From: Candidatus Omnitrophota bacterium
GTDB lineage: Bacteria; Omnitrophota; Gorgyraeia; Duberdicusellales; 4484-171
Direction: 5' to 3'
NCBI GenBank assembly: GCA_043823745.1
Contig: JBDRAN010000048.1
Location: 896-64,895 of the forward strand
Length of the DNA stretch: 64,000 nt
Program-made: the position numbers and the translations under genes
Shown here: one piece after another, positions 8,873 through 17,986 of the stretch
Position numbering within the stretch: the first letter of the stretch is position 1
How the letters are laid out: each line of letters begins with the position of its first letter
The notes under the pieces: generated by a model
Seen by the model: only the letters and a program-made list of their open reading frames with translations
Database searches by the model: none
What the model was told of the DNA's origin: nothing

Positions 8873-9271
8873 TCATTAACAGATTTGGGGCGGGGATTGA
8901 TTTCAGCTCACTAGGAAGTTATCACCTCTTTTCGCAAAATATAGAGTTTGTCCTTGCTAAGTTTAGATGCTAATACTGTATTCAGGCTTCCTCGTATTCC
9001 TGTTGATTAAAAAAGTGTTCGGTTGTCCTGTTGCGTTTATACGTGCCTTCCTTTTTTAAAATAACACTGAAAAAAACAGGTTTGGGTCGATGCTCGTACA
9101 TCACGGTATGATATGATAGCGCATCGTCAGGATAGAGGCTTAAGGGTTTGCTGTGAGATCGATAAGCTTTGTGTAAGGCAGCTCGGCTGAGGCTTTTTTA
9201 TTCGAGAGATTTATCGTATAGAGACGCAGAATGTCGGTACATAAGTTTACCCTGTGTTCCTTGGCGTGGAC

Positions 9272-9316
9272 TTTTGACTTTCAAACCTCCTGTGATACTA
9301 TATTGTAGAGGGTTTG
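9272..9316 (+). promoter_or_regulatory. duplicated promoter block, copy 2
   Basis: TTTTGACTTT...TGATACTATATTGTAGAGGGTTTG. Confidence 0.55.
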
Positions 9317-9370
9317 CACCTATAACTATGGCGGCATTACAACATATGTCTTACCATACAATGGAGCGAT

Positions 9371-9916
9371 GTGATGGAAAACGAAGAAAAAGATAAACAT
9401 CAGGAAATCAAAGAGGCGCGCGAATACGCGGAATGCATCATTAACACCCTTCGTGATCCTTTATTGGTTCTTGATGGAGATTTAAAAATAATCTCTGTAA
9501 GCCGTTCTTTTTACGATATCTTCAAGGTAAAACCTGAGGAGACTATCGGCCGGTCTATCTATGATGTAGGAGGTCGTCAATGGGACGTTCCTAAGCTGAA
9601 AGAGTTATTGGAGGATATACTTCCAAAAAACACCAGCTTTGATAATTTTGAAGTTGAACATGAATTTCCGGGCCTGGGCACGCGCACGATGCTTCTTAAC
9701 GCCCGGCAGATCCCCAGACCGTCAGGAAGACAAAGTATAATTCTTCTTGCTATCGAAGACATCACTGAGTCAAAAAAGATATTAGACGGGCTCCGCGAGG
9801 AGATACGGCGGTTAGAAGTATTGCAAAGGACAGCGTTAGGGCGAGAACACGTTGTGTTGGAATTAAAAAGGAAGGTAGACGAACTGGAGAGAAGGATATT
9901 GCGGAGACATATATAA
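9371..9916 (+). CDS. stand-alone PAS domain protein with C-terminal coiled coil
   Basis: IINTLRDPLLVLDGDLKI...ILLAIEDITE. Confidence 0.85.
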   Translation: MMENEEKDKHQEIKEAREYAECIINTLRDPLLVLDGDLKIISVSRSFYDIFKVKPEETIGRSIYDVGGRQWDVPKLKELLEDILPKNTSFDNFEVEHEFPGLGTRTMLLNARQIPRPSGRQSIILLAIEDITESKKILDGLREEIRRLEVLQRTALGREHVVLELKRKVDELERRILRRHI

Positions 9917-10054
9917 CTTCATTTTTGCTTGCCGGCAGACCGGCAAAATATTTGTGTAAAATTTTTGTCCGGAGTATAATAAAAAAACGGAAAAGGTATG
10001 GGCGAGAATGTAATAAGTGAAATTTTTATCTCTCTAAATTCATAGCGAGAGACA

Positions 10055-10089
10055 TAAAAAACCCTGATTATTATCGATCAGGGTTTTTT
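10055..10089. terminator. bidirectional terminator
   Basis: aaaaaaccctgat / atcagggtttttt. Confidence 0.7.
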
Positions 10090-10125
10090 ACCTGATTGTT
10101 TAGTGTATAGGGGGCAATAAGCCGT

Positions 10126-11571
10126 TCATTTATACAGTTGAACAAGATTGGATCCGAGTTTTTTTGTTTTATACATCACCATTACATTCATGATATCCTT
10201 TTTCTTATTTGGATCATAACGAAATCCATCAAAATCTATTATAATTTCTTTCCCGCTGGACAAGTGCCGGTCAACAATTTTTCCTAAATTTTCATGGGGC
10301 CAACGCCACCCAGACCAAATTAACCTTTTTTTTGACTTGGTTAAAGGGATATAGTAATGTCCCATGAGCGCACTGCGATCTCCTATGATAAAAACGGTAT
10401 TCTCAGGGAAACTGTTCAACAAATTTAAACCGTAATCCTGCAAAAATCTTGAATATTCTTTGTCCCGCATCAAGGGCCGGTAAAAATTAGCAAAATTGAA
10501 GACTATAGTGGATATTAAAAAAATATAAAAGAACAAAAATGAATGCTTTTTGGAAAATCTTAGGATACGTTTTGTGTATTGCGCACTATAGAAGAAGCAG
10601 TAAGCGGTTAAAATAGATAGGGAGATATATCCAAATACGAAATACCGGTTATGCATGTTCCCGAAAAATGAAAATATGATGTTTGGGATAAAGAACGCAA
10701 GAATAACGAGGAGTTTCGCGAACTGCTTTCTGAAGAATAATAGAGCGAGACCTGCAAGAGGAAATAATAAGATACCAAATCCGAACTTCGTGATGTCATA
10801 TACTTTCCGCCAGTGATTAAAATGCAACTTATTATGAAAAGAAACATAAATGATTTCTTGGGTATACCTATTACCGCCTTTAAAATAGAAATAAAAAGGT
10901 ATTATGAGCGCCGTCACAAGAAAAATCAGGATAAACAAGAGATGATGTTTAATATTAAAATATTTTGATTTACTCCGGGTAATAAGAAACGCGGGGAATA
11001 AGAAGATTGAGAATATAGCCGTCTCCCTAACCTCAAAGGCATAGCCGAAAATAAACGCCGAAAGATAAAAATAGAATACGTTTTTTTTGTTAATTGCCGT
11101 TATATAGCAGAAACTACTCAAGATGATCATAAAAATCATCATTGGTTCTGTTAGGGTATTTCCTGCTAATCCTATAAAATCTTTTGAAAAAAGGAGAATA
11201 ATCGCGCTTGCAAGAGCTATGAGCTTGTTTCTGGTTATTCTTCTGGCAACGAGATATACAAGAGCTATTGTTAGAGAGGAAAATATGAGATTGGTTAGTA
11301 TGATTACTTGATGAAACTTCAAGATTGGCATTTTTAAGAATCGGTAGCAAAATTGCCAGATCGGTACAAAAAAGTAAATAAATCCGGGCCTGCCAAGGAG
11401 TAGTCCGCTTCTCGAATGAGCATAAATATCTCGGATGTATCCAAAACTATCCCACTCTCTCATGAAATCAAGTTTAAAATAATAGAAAAGTAGAAATGAA
11501 AAAATAGCCAGAAGTATTGTCAATCGATTATGCGTTAAGAAGACGGAGATATTTGATTTTTGAGGACGCAT
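10126..11571 (-). CDS. GT-C/GT39-like membrane glycosyltransferase
   Basis: Multi-TM; EWDSFGY near the N-terminus, LTEP motif. Confidence 0.65.
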   Translation of the reverse strand: MRPQKSNISVFLTHNRLTILLAIFSFLLFYYFKLDFMREWDSFGYIRDIYAHSRSGLLLGRPGFIYFFVPIWQFCYRFLKMPILKFHQVIILTNLIFSSLTIALVYLVARRITRNKLIALASAIILLFSKDFIGLAGNTLTEPMMIFMIILSSFCYITAINKKNVFYFYLSAFIFGYAFEVRETAIFSIFLFPAFLITRSKSKYFNIKHHLLFILIFLVTALIIPFYFYFKGGNRYTQEIIYVSFHNKLHFNHWRKVYDITKFGFGILLFPLAGLALLFFRKQFAKLLVILAFFIPNIIFSFFGNMHNRYFVFGYISLSILTAYCFFYSAQYTKRILRFSKKHSFLFFYIFLISTIVFNFANFYRPLMRDKEYSRFLQDYGLNLLNSFPENTVFIIGDRSALMGHYYIPLTKSKKRLIWSGWRWPHENLGKIVDRHLSSGKEIIIDFDGFRYDPNKKKDIMNVMVMYKTKKLGSNLVQLYK

Positions 11572-11804
11572 ACGTTTTATTATATAGTGACGCGGAAGGT
11601 TAGTAAATAAATTTATGCAGATTGTGTAGCTCTCAAGTCCACAATTTTTTAAAGAGTTGCGTTGTTAAGTTTAAAAGATTGATTATGGGGCCTTAGTGAA
11701 GTTTGTTAAGCGCTCATTATTATATGGTATAATAATTTGCACGCTAGAGTTTACTATTTTCCTCAGTTATTACCGTAAAAGTTGCAGCCCTGGCCTAGAG
11801 GTTT

Positions 11805-12446
11805 ATGAATACGTACGTGCGTGTTAAGGAGGACGAAGGTTTTTTTGCAGCGGAGCATGTCCATCAAAGGGCTATCGAGGTTAATCGAAACAACCGCGGC
11901 CCTCTACTGCGGCATTTGATTAAAACAGAACAATGGGCCCAGGTGTTAATTTTTGTATCCAGTATCAGGGATGCGGATATTCTGGCCGCAAGATTATTAA
12001 ATGCGGGTATTGAAGCGAATGCGTTTCATGGGGCCCTGACCCAGACCCAGAGAATTGAAGTTTTACATAATTTTAAAATCAAGAAATTCAAATTCTTGGT
12101 GGCGACCGATATCGTGACGCGCGGGATCGATATTGATAAAGTGTCCTGCGTGGTTAATTATGATCTGCCGCGCTCCCCGGGTGATTATCGTCATCGTATC
12201 GGGATGGCAACCGGCGCAGGCGAAAGGGGAGTTGTTGTTTCCTTTATCGGCCACCAAGACCAGCATCATTTTTCGCTTGTTGAAAAAAGGAACCATATCC
12301 GTTTGCCCAGAGAAAGTATTAAAGGTTTTGAATTAACCGGTGAGCCGATCCTCAAAGAAAAAGGCAAAGCTCCGGTTAAAGGGCACCGCATGAGCAAAAA
12401 AGACAAGGCGCGGGCATTGGCCCTTAAAAAAGGAGAAATGGTTTGA
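11805..12446 (+). CDS. DEAD-box helicase C-terminal (RecA2) domain only, degenerate motif VI
   Basis: LVATDIVTRGID, VVNYDLP, HRIGMATGAG; no Walker A or DEAD motif. Confidence 0.7.
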   Translation: MNTYVRVKEDEGFFAAEHVHQRAIEVNRNNRGPLLRHLIKTEQWAQVLIFVSSIRDADILAARLLNAGIEANAFHGALTQTQRIEVLHNFKIKKFKFLVATDIVTRGIDIDKVSCVVNYDLPRSPGDYRHRIGMATGAGERGVVVSFIGHQDQHHFSLVEKRNHIRLPRESIKGFELTGEPILKEKGKAPVKGHRMSKKDKARALALKKGEMV

Positions 12447-13828
12447 GAACGTCTAAGGAATTTAGGAATTTAGGTTTTAGCCAGGACGTTTTGGCTAACT
12501 TGGAGGCTTTGGGGTATTCTCACATGATGCCCGTTCAGGAGCAGTCCCTGCCTTTTATTTTAAAAGGCAGGGATCTTATCGCTCAGTCTAATTCAGGCAG
12601 CGGTAAGACCGCAGCCTTTGGTTTAGGGATTTTGTCTAAGATAGATATATCCGACCATCGTCCGCAAGCTCTGGTGCTTTGTCCGACAAGAGAATTGGCT
12701 CAGCAAATTTCTGCTGAAATTCGTCGGTTAGCACGCTCGACCAGTAATATTAAGATCGTGTCACTGTACGGTGGAGTGGAAGAAAAACATAAGGCCAAGT
12801 TTTTAGAGCGCGGCGCTCATATCGTGGTAGGCACTCCCGGGCGCATCAAGAAGCTCTTGGAAAAGAAAGAGCTTAATCTGGATGCGGTAAAAATGCTGGT
12901 GCTCGATGAGGCTGATCGCATTATGGAGATGGGCTTTATCGATGATATTAACGCGATTGCCGCGCTTACGCCACTTAGCCGCCAAACGCTTCTTTTTTCA
13001 GCGACTTTTCCCCATGGGATTAAAAAATTAAGCGCTGCGTTGCAATCAGACCCTGCCCAGGTGACTATTGATTCTCAGCACGAGCAAAGTACGATCAAAC
13101 AGTTATTCTTTCGGGTCCAAGGAGAAGCCGCTAAACCAGAAGCGTTAAGGATAGTACTGGGGTATTATCGGCCGGAATCAGCAATTGTTTTTTGTAAAAA
13201 CAGGGCAGTTTGCATCGAGGTGGCCGATCTATTGAGAAAAGAAAAAGTAAGTTCCCTTGAAATTCATTCTGATTTGGAGCAGCAAGATAGGACGCTGGTA
13301 TTGACTAAGTTTGCCAATAAAAGTTGCGGTATCCTGGTAGCCACCGACCTGGCTTCACGGGGTTTAGATATTAAGGATGTCGGAGCAGTCATTAATTATG
13401 ATTTACCCCAAGATCATGAGTTGTACGTGCATCGGGTCGGCCGCACGGGGAGGGCCGGCAAGGAAGGGTTATCGTTAAGCTTTTTTACCGATAAGGAGCA
13501 GCCGCTTCTTGAGATACTTGAGAAATATTTAAAGACGCCGTGTGCGCGAGTGGAATTAGGATCATTAAAAGTGGAAAAAGCTTTTACCCTCAAGTCGCCT
13601 ATGGTGACCATGTATATTAGCGGCGGTAAAAGGGATAATATGCGCCCCGGAGATATTTTAGGCGCTTTGACCAAGGATGTGGGCCTGAAAGCCACGGATG
13701 TCGGGCAAATCAATATCTTTGAAGTCAATAGCTATGTGGCTATTGCGTCCGATCAAGCCCAGAAGGCAATTAATACTCTTGTCGCGGGAAAGATCAAGGG
13801 TAGGAAATTTAAGGTAGGAAAAGCGTAG
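12443..13828 (+). CDS. dbpA: ATP-dependent RNA helicase DbpA
   Basis: GSGKT, DEAD, SAT, HRVGRTGR and the C-terminal DbpA RNA-binding domain (MRPGDILGAL). Confidence 0.9.
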   Translation: MRTSKEFRNLGFSQDVLANLEALGYSHMMPVQEQSLPFILKGRDLIAQSNSGSGKTAAFGLGILSKIDISDHRPQALVLCPTRELAQQISAEIRRLARSTSNIKIVSLYGGVEEKHKAKFLERGAHIVVGTPGRIKKLLEKKELNLDAVKMLVLDEADRIMEMGFIDDINAIAALTPLSRQTLLFSATFPHGIKKLSAALQSDPAQVTIDSQHEQSTIKQLFFRVQGEAAKPEALRIVLGYYRPESAIVFCKNRAVCIEVADLLRKEKVSSLEIHSDLEQQDRTLVLTKFANKSCGILVATDLASRGLDIKDVGAVINYDLPQDHELYVHRVGRTGRAGKEGLSLSFFTDKEQPLLEILEKYLKTPCARVELGSLKVEKAFTLKSPMVTMYISGGKRDNMRPGDILGALTKDVGLKATDVGQINIFEVNSYVAIASDQAQKAINTLVAGKIKGRKFKVGKA

Positions 13829-13899
13829 AATCGTGCGTAAGAAGTTCTTGTTTCACGCTGCAGATTTTACTATTTGAGAGCAACATTTCTAAGAAACCG

Positions 13900-14643
13900 A
13901 TGAAAAAGTTGGCCTATGCGATATCAATGGCGGGATTAATGATTGTTTTAAGTTCTTGCGCGCGAGCCCCCATCATGCCTGCGTATTCCCCCGAATCGAT
14001 TTATTCCAAGGTCCCTGTCCCCGTTTTAAGGCAGGACTTTTTTCATACCGTGGCTCCCGGAGAAACTCTGTGGCGGATCGGTAAAATGTACGATGTTCCC
14101 ATAAAGGACATATCATCCGCAAATAACCTGGAGTCAGAAGTTTTAGAAAAAGGTCAGCGTCTTTTAGTTCCTCATGCCGCTCCCCTTACCCCGGTCATTA
14201 CGCTGTACCCTTCAGGGAAATGGAAATACATTATTGTTCATCATAGCGCGACTGACGAAGGTAATTCTTTGTACTTCGATATGTATCATCAGAAGAAGGG
14301 GTGGGAGGGCATAGGGTATCATTTTGTGATAGACAATGGGACCAAAGAGAAACAGGATGGTCAGATCGAGGTCTCTCCCCGCTGGCTAAAACAACAAAAT
14401 GGCTCCCATTGCAGGGCAAGCAACATGAATAAAAAAGCAATCGGCATTTGCCTTGTAGGGAATTTTGATAAAGACGTTGTATCTTCAAAACAATTAGATG
14501 CCTTGGTTTATTTAGTACATACATTACAAGAATATTATAAAATTCCGCTTAAAAACATAAAGGGGCACCGGCATGTTTTGGGCGCTAAAACAGACTGTCC
14601 GGGTAAGAATTTTCCCTGGGCACGTTTCAAGGAAAGGCTATGA
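13900..14643 (+). CDS. lipoprotein LysM + N-acetylmuramoyl-L-alanine amidase (Amidase_2)
   Basis: LSSC lipobox, HTVAPGETLWRI LysM, HHSAT...GYHF...GHR...CPG. Confidence 0.9.
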   Translation: MKKLAYAISMAGLMIVLSSCARAPIMPAYSPESIYSKVPVPVLRQDFFHTVAPGETLWRIGKMYDVPIKDISSANNLESEVLEKGQRLLVPHAAPLTPVITLYPSGKWKYIIVHHSATDEGNSLYFDMYHQKKGWEGIGYHFVIDNGTKEKQDGQIEVSPRWLKQQNGSHCRASNMNKKAIGICLVGNFDKDVVSSKQLDALVYLVHTLQEYYKIPLKNIKGHRHVLGAKTDCPGKNFPWARFKERL

Positions 14644-14679
14644 CGCAAATCCTTGATATCAATTCATTGACTAATACCG

Positions 14680-14861
14680 CGACTGGAGGACTCCTGTCCG
14701 CAAGAAGTGCAGAAATATTCCTAAATGAATTATAAAAGTAATTTCTGTCGACTGGAGGACTCCTGTCCGCAAGAAGTGCAGAAATATTCCTAAATGAATT
14801 ATAAAAGTAATTTCTGTCGACTGGAGGACTCCTGTCCGCAAGAAGTGCAGAAATATTCCTT
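14680..14861. repeat. 69-bp tandem repeat, about 2.6 copies
   Basis: cgactggaggactcctgtccgcaagaagtgcagaaatattcct... starts at 14680, 14749 and 14818. Confidence 0.95.
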
Positions 14862-14876
14862 AAAAAGTTTGACGAC

Positions 14877-15551
14877 ATGAGTATTTTAAAAAAATTTCCC
14901 CCCCTGCGCCTGCGTGAAAAATGCGCCGAGAGCTTAAGAAGTATCTTTATACAATATTTAAGGTTAACCAGGCGGGATATTGATTATTTTTATGACGAAT
15001 CTTTTGCAACTTCGTCATGGCAAAATAAATCGTGGGGTGATGATTTCTGTGAGCTTGTTTTAAAAACATTTCATCCTCAATCGGTTATTGATTTTGGATG
15101 TGGTACCGCTGACCTGTTGCATTCCTTCGAAAAGAAAGGCCTTGAAATTTTAGGAATAGACGGGAGTAGAGCAAATTATAATCACTGCTATATAAAAAAA
15201 GAGAACTTTCTTTTATTTGATATCCGAAATAAGCTTACGGGCAAGAAAAAATTCGATTTATGCATCTCGTTAGAAGTGGCGGAACACATTGAAGAAAAAT
15301 ATAGCCGCATTTTAATCAGCAATCTTGTTCAGCATAGCTCAGTTGTGCTCTTTACTGCAGCGCCCCCGGGTCAAGTGGGCCCTGATCATATAAACTTGCA
15401 ACCGTATGAATGGTGGATCAAGAGATTTGAGGCGGTCAATTTCCGGCTTGATACAATCGTGACCGAGCATCTTAAACAGGAAATGGTAAAGATCCCGGGC
15501 GTTCAGAATTACTATATAAGAAATTTGTTTGTTTTTAAATTGAATCTTTAA
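14877..15551 (+). CDS. class I SAM-dependent methyltransferase
   Basis: VIDFGCG, SLEVAEHI, FTAAPPGQ..HIN.Q. Confidence 0.85.
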   Translation: MSILKKFPPLRLREKCAESLRSIFIQYLRLTRRDIDYFYDESFATSSWQNKSWGDDFCELVLKTFHPQSVIDFGCGTADLLHSFEKKGLEILGIDGSRANYNHCYIKKENFLLFDIRNKLTGKKKFDLCISLEVAEHIEEKYSRILISNLVQHSSVVLFTAAPPGQVGPDHINLQPYEWWIKRFEAVNFRLDTIVTEHLKQEMVKIPGVQNYYIRNLFVFKLNL

Positions 15552-15779
15552 TCCGGCTGCCGCCGGATAAAGTTTTTCCGGTGGTAACGCGAAGCATTGA
15601 TGTCATGGCGCCTGATGTAGCGGCCGCAGACGCATAAGGATTATTGAGCCTTTTATGCTTTTTAATTCTTTCCAATTTGCAATATTTTTTATATTCGTTT
15701 GTAGCCTGTATTTATGTTTTAACCACACGTGGCAAAATAAAATGCTTCTTGTGGCAAGTTATGTATTCTAAGGAGGTTT

Positions 15780-16427
15780 ATGGGGAGGCTTATTGAAAAA
15801 AAACTATTGTTAATTCTATTATTCGTGTTTCCTGCGTTTGCGTATTCTCAGGAGATAAAACCGGTTAAGCTTCCTGAGCCCACGACTCAGGGTGGGATGC
15901 CGCTTATGCAGGCATTGAAAGAGAGAAGAAGCACGCGTGAATTTAGCTCTCAGGAACTTCCGCCGGAAGCTGTCTCAGACCTGCTTTGGGCTGCCGCGGG
16001 GATAAACCGGCCGGAATCGGCGCACCACACGTCTCCCACTGCAATGAATATGCAGGAAATTGATATTTACTTGGCCCGGGCAGACGGCCTGTATTTGTAC
16101 AATGCCGCGGCTCATACGTTAATACCGGTGCTATCGGCAGACATAAGGTCTTTGACCGGAGGGCAACCCTTTGTGAAAGATGCCCCGGTAAATCTTATCT
16201 ATGTGGCTGATATATCCCGGATGAGTAAGATATCATCCCAGGACGCTGATTTTTATGCCGCAACGGATACGGGATTTATTAGTCAGAACGTGTACTTATA
16301 CTGCGCCTCTTCCGGCCTGGTGACGGTTGTGCGCGGCTTGATCGATAAGCCCGTTTTAGCAAAGGCGATGAAGCTGCGTCCGGACCAAAAGATAATTCTT
16401 GCCCAGACCGTAGGGTATCCGAAGTGA
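15780..16427 (+). CDS. SagB/ThcOx-like nitroreductase family protein, exported
   Basis: RRSTREF, LLWAAAG, SQNVYL; signal peptide. Confidence 0.85.
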   Translation: MGRLIEKKLLLILLFVFPAFAYSQEIKPVKLPEPTTQGGMPLMQALKERRSTREFSSQELPPEAVSDLLWAAAGINRPESAHHTSPTAMNMQEIDIYLARADGLYLYNAAAHTLIPVLSADIRSLTGGQPFVKDAPVNLIYVADISRMSKISSQDADFYAATDTGFISQNVYLYCASSGLVTVVRGLIDKPVLAKAMKLRPDQKIILAQTVGYPK

Positions 16428-16478
16428 ATGCCGACAGAAATGTCACTCTTTTTTCTCAAATAAAAGAGCAGGGGAGCT

Positions 16479-16715
16479 TTGATGAATTTCGAATTGCCGC
16501 TGGCCGGCGATTTTAGCGGGGTTAAAATATTCGCCTGCATTATTTTCAGTACGATTGGGTTTGCCGCGTTTGTGTATGGTAAAAAAAACCAATCGGTGCG
16601 GCCTATGCTTATCGGGACTGTCTTAATGGTCTACCCTTATTTTTTCTCAGGAGCTCTTACCCTTTATCTTATCGGTATCGCTCTTACCGCGGCGTTGTAT
16701 TTCTGGCGGGAGTAG
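16479..16715 (+). CDS. small membrane protein
   Basis: FSTIGFAAFVYGKK...LMVYPYF. Confidence 0.65.
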   Translation: MMNFELPLAGDFSGVKIFACIIFSTIGFAAFVYGKKNQSVRPMLIGTVLMVYPYFFSGALTLYLIGIALTAALYFWRE

Positions 16716-16966
16716 GAAAGGGAACTCCCAACCGATACGGCCTCATCCGATGAGAGAACTCGCCCCTGACTGTTCGTCGCCGGCCGCTGTTTCGTTTGCT
16801 TGAGCGTGCGGCTTTATTGCTTTGTGTCGACGTAACCAGCCTCCTGAATAAAAATCCACATGTAGACTTTTTTGATGTATCGGGCGTCTAATAAGTACGT
16901 GGGCGCGATAAACTTTTACGTGCGTTTATGCAAGGCTTTGCCCGCGTATCAAAATAAGGAGGTCCG

Positions 16967-17566
16967 ATGGCTAAAAAACATGCTTCAAGGAAGGTGTGTG
17001 CGGTCGTAATGGCCGGTTTCATGCTGAGTATGATCTCTACGACAGTCTTTGCTGACTATAGGGGTAGAGATCACCGTAATGATCGTAGCAGGCACGAATC
17101 GATCAGGTACGGGCATGACAGATTCGATTATTACGAAGGAAGGTATTACCGAACGTCTCTATTTGGGGCTATCTTAAGCGTAGTATTTCCACCCATGGGG
17201 GTGACGGTAACATATCTACCGCGCGGGTACAGGACTGTGTACGTCGGAGGCACGAGGTATTATGAATATGATAATGTTTATTACCAAAGTTATTCCGGAG
17301 GGTATGTGGTAGTAAACCAGCCCGTGGTGACTCAATACATATCACCTAATGTGGTGTATATACCAGCTGCAAACAGCGTTGTGCCGCCCCAAGCGCAGCA
17401 GGTGACAGGAGACAGGGAAACAGTAACCCTTAATGTGCCAAGATTTAGTGGTGGCTATACGGCTATCACGCTCGTGCGATATTCAAACGGTTTTGTGGGG
17501 CCAAGGGGTGAGTTTTATCCAACTCTTCCAACAGGAGAGCAACTGAGAGTTGAGTATGGGAATTAA
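16967..17566 (+). CDS. secreted Tyr/Gly-rich protein (DUF6515-like)
   Basis: Signal peptide; LPRGYRTVYVGGTRYYEYDNVYY. Confidence 0.65.
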   Translation: MAKKHASRKVCAVVMAGFMLSMISTTVFADYRGRDHRNDRSRHESIRYGHDRFDYYEGRYYRTSLFGAILSVVFPPMGVTVTYLPRGYRTVYVGGTRYYEYDNVYYQSYSGGYVVVNQPVVTQYISPNVVYIPAANSVVPPQAQQVTGDRETVTLNVPRFSGGYTAITLVRYSNGFVGPRGEFYPTLPTGEQLRVEYGN

Positions 17567-17634
17567 ATAGCTACACGAGTGCGATGTCGAGCACTGAGGA
17601 TAAAACATAATTTGTTTTCACGCGCCAGAGATAC

Positions 17635-17672
17635 AAAAACGCCCTGATCGGTACTTTTGATCAGGGCGTTTT
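17635..17672. terminator. intrinsic terminator
   Basis: aaaacgccctgatc / gatcagggcgtttt. Confidence 0.7.
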
Positions 17673-17986
17673 GCATTCACCATTGTAAAGGATTGTATCG
17701 GGTGGCACGGTACGGCCTCGTTTATAATTACGCGCATGACGCTCATCGTAAGGAAATGTAGGTTTATTGATGAGCTGTTACATGAAAAACTGCGGCCCCG
17801 GGGTGTGTTGAGGTTGTGAGTTGTTGTTTCTGAAGCAGCCATTGAAACTCAATTTTTTTTGAAGATAGTCGTGGCTTTTTATCCATAATGTGTTAAACTC
17901 GTCTTCACTCATTTTTTAAATAAATGCTTCAGGAGCGATTCTTTTATTTGCCGAGGACATGTTAATGCTTCTAAAGGATACCGCCT

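Noticed and set aside
14680-14861. Possible mini-CRISPR (about 44-bp repeat x3 with 25-bp spacers)
   Set aside because: The two spacers are identical, so it is a plain tandem repeat; no cas genes are present.
17924-17965. Leader peptide MLQERFFYLPRTC upstream of the ABC-F gene
   Set aside because: No SD and no attenuator hairpin visible.
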